Assembly (NCBI GenBank): GCA_963777605.1
Contig: CAVZRV010000030.1
Span: 393,683 to 457,682, forward strand
Origin: an uncultured Acidobacteriota bacterium
GTDB lineage: Bacteria > Acidobacteriota > UBA6911 > RPQK01 > JAPXNP01
Length of the DNA stretch: 64,000 nucleotides
Reading direction: 5' to 3'
The translations under genes were made by a program, and so were the position numbers. This document shows, in pieces, positions 30,353-42,300 of this stretch (the first letter of the stretch is position 1; the number at the start of each line of letters is the position of its first letter). The notes beneath the pieces were generated by a model. It made no database searches. It was not told the origin of the DNA and saw only the letters and a list, made by a program, of their open reading frames with translations.

Positions 30353-30994
30353 CCCGGCGCCGCTCTTCCGAGCATCACATGCTCATCTGGAAGTACGGGA
30401 ATCCGGTCCCGAACTCGGAATGGGGCCTCTTCTCTGTTTCAGGTGAGCCCCGACCCGCGACTTCGCGGATCCTTCAGAGAGTGAAACTGCCCCTGGCGCC
30501 TTGGTTTCAGGGGGCCGTATCAAAATTCGAAATTGGCCTTCTACGGCGACCACAGCTTGGGCAGAGTCTTACTCAAGATACAAAATGTAGTATCAGTTTC
30601 GGACCTTAAGCGACTTTTGATGCGGCCCCTCTGTGGTCCCGGCAAGGCGATCGCGGCCTGTAAGGTCGCGCCGATTCTTCACGTCCGGAGAGCTGTGCCG
30701 CCCTTTCAGGGCTGGATTCTTGATGGGGGAACCGTAAACCCAGGCAAATGCCTGGGCTGGAAACAGGCCCCCTTCAGGGGCCAGCCCGGCGCCGATCCCG
30801 TGATCATCACTCATCCACGGCTGGCACGTGACCAGAGGAACCAGGATCCAGCCGATATTCGCGTCCCTGGCTCTCCACCGATCGCCTCAATCCCCATCCA
30901 AACGCGTCCAACTCATCCAGGATTTCCAGTTCATCCAAATTGAAGTTTCAGGTGAGACGATCCACCAGGGGCGCACGCCCGCGGGCGGGGGTCG

Positions 30995-31476
30995 TCAATT
31001 GACTTTAGGCCACTCCCTTTCGGGCTCCTTCACCTCGATCTTTGGCGTCTTCTCGAGTTCGTTCTCGGGCACGATCGTGATCCGCATCCCCCATCCGGCA
31101 AACACTGAAAGGACTTTTCCGAAGTCCCGCATGGTCAATTCGGTGTCGTCGATATAGACAATGGTCTCACCGAATTCATTGTCTGAGATCTCGCATCTCA
31201 GGACCTCGCCGCGGGCTATCCAATACCCTCCCTCATAGAACCACCGGAGCTGTGGCTTCCCCGGGGAATCTCAACGGCGACATGCTCATAACTGGCGACC
31301 ATCTCGGCCTGGGTCTCCAGGATCTCATTGTGCAAACTCAGGATCTCTTCGTCCGTCATCTCCTGAACTTCCGGGCCAATCTGGAGGTTGACGCCACTCA
31401 CACCGGGTTCGAGGTAGTCAATGACGGCGTATTCCCCATCACGTTTGATTGTTATCTGGTTCGAGTGTGGCGACAT
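30995..31476 (-). CDS. Acidic hypothetical protein (frameshift near 31260)
   Basis: Joined frames read MSPHSNQITIKRDG...VAVEIP.G.PQL...RGEVLRC.I...F.GWGMRI.IVPE. Confidence 0.6.
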
Positions 31477-31635
31477 AGGGTTTCTTGAATCGCATCGGCT
31501 CTCCCGGCAATTTTCGGTCGCTGGTTTCGGCAAGCTTCCAATTCTAGATTGAATTCAACTTCCCGGCCGGCCCGGCGGTTACAGCAAGAGATATGAGGAC
31601 GAGCCACCATCCGAGATGGAGAAAACGCAAGTTAT

Positions 31636-34600
31636 TCAGCCAAATTGGGTTCTGAGACGCTCGCCTCTCCAACTTCGATCGACTTCTACAACCCGGGACA
31701 ACTCCTTGAACCGACACAGGCCGTTGACGAGCTTCATCTGATCGATGGTTCGGCAGTTGACGTCGAGAAGCTTCGGATTAGCCACCAGGACCGCCACGCA
31801 CTTGGCGCGCGAGACGGCCACGTTGAGCCGGTTACGGCTAACAGAAAGTCGATCGTCCGCGGGACCTCTTCCCCGGTCGACGTCGCCATGCTGAAAAAGA
31901 CGATCGGCGCCTCCTGTCCCTGAAACTTGTCTACCGTGCCCGCCTGAACGTCCCCCAAACCTCTTCTGGACAGTTCAATTCCAAGCAGCCGAACCTGGGC
32001 ATTGTACGGGGTGACCACTTTGATGTCGGCTTGGGATAAAGGTCGCGAAATCGCTCTCGACTCGATCCAGTTCCAGGTGGTCACTGAGCCGCCACTGAGC
32101 AGTCCTCAATCGAGTCGGCGATGAGGCGGACTTCTTCCGGGTGAAGACGAGAGTTCCCGTCATGATCGACGGGAATGAAACGCAGACCGGTTCCAGCGAG
32201 CGGACTGGACGGGTTGTCGATTCTTGACGCGCAAGTTCCGGCTCCGATTCGAGTCTGCCGTCGTAAACGACTTCGGAAATGAACCGGCAGACATCGGGAT
32301 GGAGCCGCCGTGTCTTCTCGAGGAAGATGCCCTGTTCCGGCGGTACGGTCAAGGGCATCTCCCAGGAGATGCTCGAGAACCGAGACGCCGCATCCAGGCG
32401 GATGGGTTCCCTGGGAAACCTGAGCGAGCTGAAGCGGGTCTCCCAGCAGGATCACCGAATCCGCCGCGGTCGTGACCGCCAGAGCCGTGGCGAGTGCCAT
32501 TTGGCCGGCTTCATCGATCACGAGGAAATCGACCTCCAGTGGATCGTTCTTGGGGCAGAAGCACCAGGGCGTCCCGCCAACCAAGCTCACCCCGGGATCG
32601 GTCAGATCCAGTCTCTTCCTCCCGGCATGTCAGCCGACTTCGAGTCGAAGATCAGGGTCTCGTCGAGTGGAGACACGTAGGGGTCACCGGTTCCCCGATT
32701 TCTTCAAACCCAGAAACTGAACTCCCGCCCGCTCTGCCTGTCGCTCGACTTCGTGCAGGAGGTTGTCGATTGCCTTGTGGCTGGTCGCACAGACGCCGAC
32801 GCGCCGGCCGTCTTCAATCAGCCGGAGAATAATCTGCGCCCCCCTATAGGTCTTTCCGGAACCGGGGGGACCCTGGATGAACAGAGCGGAACGCTCGAGG
32901 CGCATCGATAGCTCGACGATCTCCTCGACGGTCAGATGCCCCTCCTGAATCCGAGCGCCCGGCTCCAGCCCGGAATACGAGGTCTCCGACGCAGAAGGAT
33001 GTCGCGCCCGGCTTCATACTCGACCGATTCGAGGCCCTGATCGACGACCGCCTGCGCAAAGGTTCGAAGCACACTTCGAATCTGATGGGTGTTGAAGGGC
33101 CCGCCCGGTATCACAGCCCGGGGGGGCGGGTTACCCTCGAACTTTGGGCCCCGCTTCAGTTCGATGAGTCCTTCGTTGTCGTCGAGGGCTGCGACCGTCC
33201 CGCCATCCAGGATGCGCCCCTGGTCATCACGCAACTCCGGGTCCTTCACCTGTTGTCCGATCGAAAGCTTGTGCTCCTGAGGCGGGAAGCGGAACTGGGT
33301 TACGGTGGACCGCTTCTCTGGTCGTTCCACGCCCGTTGGTTCCAGCAGCCCAATGGCGTCCCGGTCCTCGACCAGTTCCTCCGGCGTCTTCGTCGCGCGA
33401 TTAAGAGTTCCCACCAGGCCGGTTTCTCATCCCGGCGATGATAGTGAAGCAGGTGAGAGAGGATCCATCGGGCGTGTTCTTCACTCGAGCGTCTTCTGGT
33501 TCTTCAGGAAGTCCCGACAGCAGCGCGGCTGAGAGCGGGTCACCCTCGACTCTCTCCTGCTCGATTTCCTCGGTCGTCTTCTCCGGTTCCCGCGCCTCGA
33601 GCCACGGCAGTTCTCTTTACCCAGCTGACGTTCCAGCTCGGCCCGCAACCTCAACAGCCAACTTTGCAGCCCAATCAGGGAATCGCAGTCTTCCCGGTTA
33701 TAGTCTTCGATCTCCTGGAGCTTGCTGGGATCCTGCGAGATGAGCCAGTCTTCGTAGGCAACGATCGCGCCTCCGGCATCGATCACCCCCTCGGACTCGC
33801 GATCCATGTAAAACGTCTCGACCTTCTTGAGCGAGTAACTCGGGTGGGAGATTCGGATCGACTGCCGGACCACGCTCAATAGATCGACAAAAGCCTCGGC
33901 ACGAAGCAGATCATCCACTCCTGCTCCCGGCTCCCGTACCTCCCCATCAACTGCTTGAGCGCCAGGACATCAGCTGGCCCGTAGTGGTAAATGTGGGCCT
34001 CCGGGCACTCCAGCCTGCGCTCGAGAATGAAATCGATGACCGCTTCGAACGCCCGCTGCTCCTGGTGTTCATCATGGGCCCACCAACTTCTATATTGAAG
34101 GTGATCCTTGGAATCTCTCGAAGAGATCCCGAACAGGTAGGTGAGCTCGATGAACGGATCGCTTTCGACATCAAAGAACAGATCTCCAACCGCCGCTTTG
34201 GGAAGGCGTTGGAAGCCCCGCCGATCCTCCGGCTCAAGGAACTCGTATCGATGGCGGCCGTCCCGTCGCTGCTCGAGTTGAAGCCGAGCCTGATTGGCCA
34301 ACTTCTCAAATGTTGTGGGGGCGAGCTCCGGGATCCGGGATCTCGAGAGCGGACTGACCAAGCGAGGTCAATGTGGAAATGCCCGCCGCCTCGAGCCGCT
34401 TGACCTGGTCTCGCCGAATCCCCCCGACCAGGCAGAGGTCATCATCGGTAACCCAGCCGCGGTAGCAGTAAAGGTTCCACTCGCACAGCCCGCAGAACTC
34501 GACGGGGTATCCACGTGTCTTATCTCTCTGTTCCATCCCCGCGGCGAATCGTGCGCTGATGTGTCGAATGTAGGCCGCAAGGGCATCGCGGTGGATCGTC

Positions 34601-35139
34601 TGCCGGCTTCCATCTCCCAGAATCACGTGCATCCGCTCGGTGACCAGGCCTTGCAGATCATCGAGCAGCTCGCAGTACACTCCCAATTGCAGAATGACAT
34701 GGGGATGGACCCTTCGGGCAAGCTTGGTGTCCACGATCTCGTAGCCCCAACTCCCAAAACGGGTTGGGCCGATCTCGGCCCGTTCCAGGATGTCGGCAAA
34801 TCCGGCCCAGGTCTGGTCTCCCAGGAAGGCCTGAACGATGGCGTCGGCACCTTCCCGCATAGCCGCGGCCGAGAGCTCGCGGGCCTCCAAAAACGAGACT
34901 TGAGGGGGCCGGGGAATTTCGACAACGCGTTTCCCCTGATCAATCAGCAGCTGAACGTATTTTCGCTCGTGCTCGGTACCGCGCCTGACCAGGAGTTCCA
35001 GGTGAGCCGACGTTCGTTTGGGGACCTCGGTGAGTTCTCCGAGCGTGGCCTTGCGGCGAAGCGTCAGCGCGTGCTCGCAGCGCAGATAGGTCGCCAGGTC
35101 CGTCGGGGAAAAGGTCCAGGCTCCGTCATCAAAGCGCAT
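31636..35139 (-). CDS. TM0106-family RecB-like nuclease / RNase H-like / SF1 helicase fusion (many frameshifts)
   Basis: SPTDL..YL.C, G.AD.L...D.KLA....Q...Y, FFDVE.DP, IYHY, SYSLKKVE, YN.EDC, QGPPGSGKT, IDEAGQ, GDP.QL and TVDKFQGQE motifs. Confidence 0.88.
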
Positions 35140-35564
35140 ACCAGGATTCTGGACGAATCGAGCCTCAATTTACAGGCTTGCGGAGTAGACTGATCTCCAG
35201 ACAACGACAAAGGTCCCCGGTGTCAACTACATTTCCCTACCCCGGGGAAATGTCATCGTCGTCGAGCAGATTGCGGCTATTGCCGGTTCGAACCCCAATT
35301 GGTGCGTTCTTCCGTGCTAGCCGCAACCTCAGCGATGTCAACTACATGAGCTGCAGTTGTCGTCGAGTAGCAGCCAGGAGGGGCTTGATAGACACGGATC
35401 GAAGCGTTCATGAGAGTCGCGCCACGCAAAGTCGTCGCACAGTGCAAGCGGGGCTTAGGCAATCGTAGGATACTCTCGTTACAATTAGTTCCGTTGCGGA
35501 GGGATATGTCTACATTGCCGGTAGGGGAGATTTACCTCTTTGAAAAGTTCTGACCTCGTAAATC

Positions 35565-36137
35565 TTGTTGCATTTTTCTTTAACGACATCATCGGGATGC
35601 TCGTTCCTGGTCTGCTTCTGTTTCAGTGTCGCTTGGATGATGGCTGGATGTACGATCCCTGACGCGCCTACCGGAATTTGGCTCTGGGTTTCTGTGGCCC
35701 TGTCGTACTTAGTCGGACACCTGGTGCTGAGCTTTAACGAATCTGTAGTGAAGAAGTTCATTCTAAACAAGAGAGAACAAGCGAGGGTCGGACAGAACCC
35801 GGAACGATGCAGCATTCGAGCGGTTCGTTGATTTCACCACTACCCGGTGGTCTCTGCCGGGGATCCGTCGTTCGAAGAGTTCAGGAATTTGGCCATGTCG
35901 GTTTCATCCGAAGCGGCAGACTTGGCGCGTAGGTTCATGTTTACGGCACTCCTGTGTTTTGGATCAGCGATTGCCTCGATTGCCCTGGTTTCTCTCTTTA
36001 CGCTTCTTTTTTGGACTTCTTCCCTCCCAGTCGGTGTCACTTGCCGCTCTTGGCTGCTGTGGTTGCTATTTGGTTTGGGCTCATCGGTGTTGCTCGATGC
36101 CTCCGCGGCTGGGAATTTGAGCGGCGAGCCCTTCTAA
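35565..36137 (+). pseudogene. Multi-TM membrane protein, fragmented
   Basis: Hydrophobic ORF pieces including NDIIGMLVPG and SYLVGHLV. Boundaries are uncertain. Confidence 0.4.
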
Positions 36138-36194
36138 ACCCCATTTTCAGTTGCTTTAGCTAAACATTCCGAAAGATTATACAGTCCCAGAGGA

Positions 36195-36601
36195 TTGGGC
36201 ACGTCGGTATATCTGGCGGGGAGGACTTTCGGGAAGAATGGGTGGGCAAGATAGAGGTGATCACCGCTCTTCCTGGTCTGCGGTTTCTTGATCCCAGGGT
36301 GCACAATCTTGCTGAACCAAAGGATTATACGGAGTGGGACCTCACTGCGATCGAGAATTGTGACTTCGTACTCGGGTACATGGAACAGTCGAATCCAGGC
36401 GGGTATAGCCTTGCGCTCGAGGTAGGCTATGCGGCTGCCCTTGGAAAGAAGGTCATTCTAGTCTTGGAACCCTCGCCGGAAGGTGGCCGAGATTACTACT
36501 TCGAGATGGTGCGGCAGGTTTCTGACCAGTGCTTCGACACCTTGACTCTTGGTATCGAGGGTCTGAAGCGGGCCGTCGAGGACGCATCGAGAACAATGTA
36601 G
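36195..36601 (+). CDS. Nucleoside 2-deoxyribosyltransferase (NDT)-like protein
   Basis: VYLAG in the upstream frame, then DL.AI..CD.V and G...EVGYA.ALGK.VI. Confidence 0.8.
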
Positions 36602-36680
36602 ATCGACACGGAGCCATAGAATATCGTCTCGAACGAGAGACCACGGCCGGCAAATCTCTTGAAAGTGACTGCTAAATCCC

Positions 36681-37153
36681 ATGGATATTGAACTAGTGCA
36701 CAACCTCGACCCAAAGAAATTCGTCTGGCTCTGGATGAAGTACGTGCGGGGCACCAACCTCGCGCACCACTGCACGAACTCGCTCCGGGGCCCCTACAGC
36801 AAGATCCTCAGCAAGCACAATCCGGAACTCCCCGGACACCCCGGCTCGTCCTGAACGAGCAACCCTGGGGCAGCTTCGAAGCCCTCTACATCTGCGGCGT
36901 CGCTCAGGAGGGCTACCGGCAGAAAACGAACTACCCCCACAACCTCCACGCCGCCATCTTCCCTGCCCCGGGAATGCGGGATGTTCTGCGGTTTGAGAAT
37001 TGGGAACTAAAGGTGGAACACGGCAAGTTCTTCCCTATCCCGGGTGAAGACTCACTCCCGCCGGAACTGGCGCGGCTGGATCCGGAATTCACCACCTGCA
37101 GGATCTTCCGCTTCGCGGTTGCGCTGGACCGGATGAAACGGACGGTTCACTGA
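36681..37153 (+). CDS. Hypothetical protein (frameshift near 36835; absent from the ORF track)
   Basis: MDIELVHNLDPKKFVWLWMKYVRG.NL.HHC..SL.G.YS joins LYICGV...NLH...RTVH*; GC3-biased codons. Confidence 0.55.
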
Positions 37154-37260
37154 AACTGATTCGGTTCGATCCACTGGGCACGGTCGTGCCGCAATCGGTC
37201 TAGGGCCTATCCCTCCGCAACTGTGCTCGTTCCAACTGCGGCGGCCTCAAAGGAAAGGAC

Positions 37261-39257
37261 CTAACAACTCCGGCGAAGTTGATGGCCGCGGATTTCGAGT
37301 CCTTTTAACTCCAGGATCTGCTCCCAAAGGGCTTTGTCTGGACCGTAATCCTCGAACTCGAGCAGTCCCGCCTTCTTCTCGGCAGCGGTGAGCTTGGAAA
37401 AGAGCTTGTGTTTCGGGTGATCCGATGACAGGTAGGCGTCCTTCTCGTAGAGGAGCTGCACCCGCTCCTGTGTCGAGTAGTCAAAGACCTCTACCTCTTG
37501 GGTCCTCAGCAGGATCTTGATCCGGAGCCTCAGTTCCGGGTGGGCTTTCTTCCAGAAGTCGTCATAGAACATTAGAGAGAGCTTCCCCGTTCCCTTGTGG
37601 ACCTTGATCAAGTCGGCCTCCTCAACCCCGCCGTAGAGGATCGATGCGCAGCCGACGTAAACGCGCAGCAGCGCCGGCAGTTGAGGCAAGTAGGAACTGT
37701 GGAACTGGAGGAACTCGGCGTCGTTCTTACCGAACAGCACTTCCGCGCAGGCCTCCTCGATCCGTTCCGGATTGGCCGCCTTCAGCAGAGTCTGGTAAGC
37801 CTCTTGCTCCAGATGGAGTAGTTCCCAAAAATCGCCTTGATGTCATATTGCAGCGACTCGGGAAGCATCGTGAACGGGATCCGTTTCTTGAAGTGGGCCA
37901 TGCAGAAATAGACCAGTAGGTCTTCGGCCCGCCGATTCCGGGACTCCTCCAAAGCTTCCAGGTCGAACTTCTCGCCAAGGATTTGCAGCGCCTTCGGCAG
38001 GGAGCCAGCCGCTCGACGGATCTCGTCAAAATGTTCGAATTCGCTCTTTCGTGGGACCCGCCCAACTCAAGACAGGTTTGCCAGAAACTATCGAACAGTC
38101 CCTGATGCTTCTGATACCGGGTCAGCTTCGGGAACGAAAACGGCTTCTTTCCGTTCGCGGGCAGCTGAGCTCCTTCCAGTCGATCTTTCGCTGAACGGAC
38201 CGTGCGATGAACTCGTGCTTGAGGCTGTCACTCTTGAAGACGTAGAAGATACCCAAACTGACGGAGATCGCCTCCTCACCGAGCGTGCTCTCCAAGTAAC
38301 GCTGCAGCTCGTCCTGAGCAAAGTACTTCTGAAAGGTGTTCCTGGAGGTCAGGATGCCGTCCCCAAACGGCCGAAAATCACCGTTTCGGGCGGCGCTGTC
38401 GTGCATGACGCTGACGACCAAGAGCTCCTTTGCCAACTTCCACGCATCGCGCAAGGTTTGCGATCGCTCTTTCGGGTCCTCAATGATGTTGAGGACAAAA
38501 CCGAGATTGACGATCTCCGCTTCCTGACGGGGTTCGTCCGGGGCGTAATAAGGATCCCAGCCGGAGGCCTCAAACCCTGCTTTCCTCAGAGCGCGGACAT
38601 CGTCACCCTGACCGCATCCGTAGTCGAAAAGACGTTTCCCGTCCAAGAGCCCGTGCGACAGCAATGCCTTCACCGGCCGCGAGGGCTCATATCGAACAAT
38701 CGCCGTCCGATGGCGTGCGACACCTGTACGCCCGGCATCACGACCCGGCTCGGCTCCATCGTCTTCAATAAGCTGATGCCCCTCAATCCGAAGCCGCATC
38801 CGCTTGAAAAGCCGCTCCCACTCCCGCCGAAATCCGATCTTGCTGGGGTACTCAAACAGCCCGGCCTCCTCCTCGGCTTGGGTCAATTTTCGAAACGTCT
38901 CATAGAGGGGATAGTCCGTCCCCACAAGCGTCTCTTTGCGATGGAGGATCGGCGGATTATGGGACTCTGAGAAATGAGTCAGCTCACTGCTGGCCCGTTT
39001 CCAAATCCACAAGAATCGAACGGACAAGCGGCGGATGTCTCGGTGTCGAAGGTAGGATAGTAGAGGTAAGAGATCCGATCGAGCGATCGAGGAATCTTGA
39101 CAACGTTCGCGCCAGGAGTGTCCGGCCAGTTAGCGAGAACCGAGTCTCTGAGGGGAAGCGGGAGACTTTCGACGGTTCCGACGTGAAAGTAAATTGCGTC
39201 GCCAACCAGTTTCCCAATACCGATTTCAGAAAAGTTCACTGCTCTCTTCGGAGTCAT
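37261..39257 (-). CDS. DNA phosphorothioation-associated putative SAM methyltransferase (frameshifted)
   Basis: GKLV.DA.Y.H, NPPILHRKE, RHRTAI.R...S.P, FDYGCG.GDD, GWDPYY, VNLGFVLN.IED..ER, TFQKYF and ADLIK.H motifs. Confidence 0.85.
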
Positions 39258-39391
39258 CCTACCGACAATCAGAATAACCGGATTAGCTGGTCAATTCTGC
39301 AATGAGTCTGCCTCTGAGATCATGGCAATGGCCTGGGTGTGGGAGAGCCGGCAGAAACGCCCCCATGAGAACGGCGACGAGTATGTCGGTT

Positions 39392-42300
39392 CTATGGGGG
39401 AAGTTCTGAAGCCAACTTCAGGAATCTTCTCTTCGCGTTGGGCGGCAACCCCTGGAAACGTTCAAGAAGCCACTCCACCTCCAACGCTTGAAGTTGATTG
39501 GAAATGCTGTTTTTGACCTTCTCGAGGCGCGCGCGGTGCGGGTCGGTCAGCCACGCTGGGGGGCGCTGCGCCTTCTCATAAAGGCGATTGGCTTCCGCCA
39601 CTTCGAGTTCTACGTCCTTCGCCGACTCGGCCTCAACCTGCTCAATCCAGGATTGGCTTTTGTCCTTACGGCTCCTTTCCTCCACCGCAGCAAACGTTGT
39701 CACCGTCTCGTCTGGTGCCCACGGCAGCTCGCCGTCAGCAAAATCCTCGACCGCAGCCTTCGCCAAGCGCTTTGAAAGCGATTCAAACTCAACCCAAGTC
39801 AGGCTCTCGCTTGCCAATTCCGCAGCAGCATGACTGAAACTATTGAGAGCACGCCGCATCAGGCGGAGATCCTCCAAATCGGATTCAGACCCCTCAAAAA
39901 CTCGGATAAGGTCATCGATCTCATCGGATAGGGTCTGGATATCTTCTGGACTCTTAATGGATTGTTTCCAAAGCTTCTGGGCCCTCTTCAGCATCTCAGA
40001 CTCCGTCGCTGACAGCTGAGACTGGAACTTGGATAATGCTTCGCGTGCTGTCACCACCTCCGGAAGATCTATTCGCCTGGCCATTCCCAAGACTTTGCCG
40101 GATAGGCTCTTGACCATTTCTCGGTAGCGCCTTATCTCCGTGATTCGAGTGATTCGGCTGACGGCTCCCTGCTGATCGAGCAACATCTGGACTTGTCTTA
40201 GGAGGTCGTGGGCGTCAGCCGCCGTTTGAGCGTTCTTGATCAAGAAATCAACACGCTTCTCCAGAAGTACCAGCTGGTCAGGAAGCTCCAAGGCTTTTAG
40301 GTTTCTACCGGTCCGATCGAGCATCTTGTGTTTGAACTCGCCAATTTGGTCAATTCCTTCTCCTTTCGGCCGTTGTCTGCTCAGCCACTCCGGAAAGGCC
40401 AAGATGATCGTTTGCCGCGCACGCAGAATCTGCGGCTCGAGTTTGTCGATCTGACCCTCGTCCCAACTTGAACCCTCATTGGCCATCCGGTTTCTGAGCT
40501 CAGCAAGTTGAGCCCCACCCCAAATTATCAGCCCGACATCTCCCCGCGTCTGCCCAGCTTCGATCTTCTCCAGGGCGGCACTGTGCTGAGCCTCGTTCTG
40601 CTCTAAGCGTTCACAAGCTTTCCTCGCGACCTGCTCGAGCGTCACGAGCCGATAGCCTAAGGAAGGCGGCACCGGTCGGCGGCGTTTCAACTGGTCGGCT
40701 TTGTTCAGGAATTGCTCCTGTTCCAAATATGTCTCCGTTTCCTCCCAAGCCTCAATCAGCTCTTCCCACTCGGAACTCCCCTCGCCCAGAAACACCAGCT
40801 CGTCTTGAGAGATGGCATCCAAATCGAGAAACTTTCCGCGGAACGGACTTGTCTGAAGCCACTCACTGACCGACAGCTGTCTGCCGCCCCTTGCCACCAA
40901 CAACTTCTCCACCCGGGGTGCTACGTAGGAAGAGAGAAGTAGGCCTGCAGATGCGAGGTTCGCACCAAAGGGCGGGTTGCACACTTCTCTCAATGCACTA
41001 GAAATTCCGAGGCGTTGTTCGCCAGTCTTGAGGGCATGATCCCACAATTGATAAGCCGCGCGAGCTCGATCCAACACCGGTTTGTTCGCGACATTCCCGT
41101 CGCGGGTGAAAATCCCCCAGGCGTCCTTCAGGACTGAAACAGCGCGATTCTTTACCTTCACAGGCTTGGCCAGGACGACATCGTAGTCGAGCTTGCCCTG
41201 AAAAAGCTCGGTCGTTAGTTGTAAACAGGAATCTGCCGCATTACCACGGGCGGTCGCGAACCCATCAAATGGAAACGGGATGGGCTTCTTGTAGATCGCT
41301 TCGAACACGCTCGTCGCCATCTGGGCCAGCCGGCCGCCCCCTGCATCGTCGCCTAATGGAGAAATGTATTGACGTTTTCTCAACTGGCTGTCGACGTGGC
41401 TGACCAGTAGCTCTCGGTCTTTCATCTTTTGAGCGTCAACCAGATTTCCGAAACGCGCCTTTTGCTCTTCCGTCAACGAATCTCTGAGTACCTCAAGTTG
41501 GGCAAGAAGATCCCCAATCTTGCCGTCTTCATCGAAGATCATCACGATGAAGACCGGAAATCGTGTTCCGTTACGTCCACTGACAAGCGATTTTAGGCTC
41601 TTCCGAGCGGCTGCCGTCGCCGTCTCCGGGTTGCGACTCCGTTCAACTAAGCAGAAAATGGCCGTCCCTCGAGGCTCATCCACAGCAACTGCGTTCTTCC
41701 ATCGGTCCAATGCGAACGCGAGGTTTGTCGCCAAGTTGTCCAGGGTTGTGGTGACCGCCTGATAGCGCCACTCGCGGGTGGTAACTTGGTACTTCTCGGA
41801 GAAGTCGCAATCAAGGTCTCGTAAAGATTCACAGTAGTCTTGCACCCGAAGGGCAAAAAGTCCCACCTTGCTCTGCTCGTCGAAGCTGCCGGCCACCCTC
41901 TGATTGAGGAACGCCAGAAACTGTGATCGCGGAACCGCGTCGCCTATGATTTCAAACTTTTTGAGGGCATGATCCCACTCCAGTACGTTGAACTCCTCTT
42001 CGAGGGTTTGGATTGCCTGTTGGGCCTCAGCCGTGCTCAATCCAGCAAACTCCCCAAGCGTCCGAACCACACCCTCCCTGTTTATTGCACGAAGGCCGAG
42101 TTTGGATGTGAGAACGACCGCCCGAAGAATTCGTCGGCCTTCGCGGGATAGCTGCGCCCCATGACGAGCTTCAACTGAGGAATAGGCATGCGCCACCGAT
42201 CCTTCTTGACCGGTTTCCTCTGAGGAAAGCAACTCCTGTTTCAGGTCCTCTGACCAGAGATCGACCGGGACGAGACTCCAGTCTTCCTCTCCGTCAAGCT

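Noticed and set aside
35221-35347. GGTTCGAACCCC T-loop-like motif and a 12-bp direct repeat TGTCAACTACAT (35221 and 35336)
   Set aside because: No cloverleaf can be folded, and two copies alone are too weak to assign a function.
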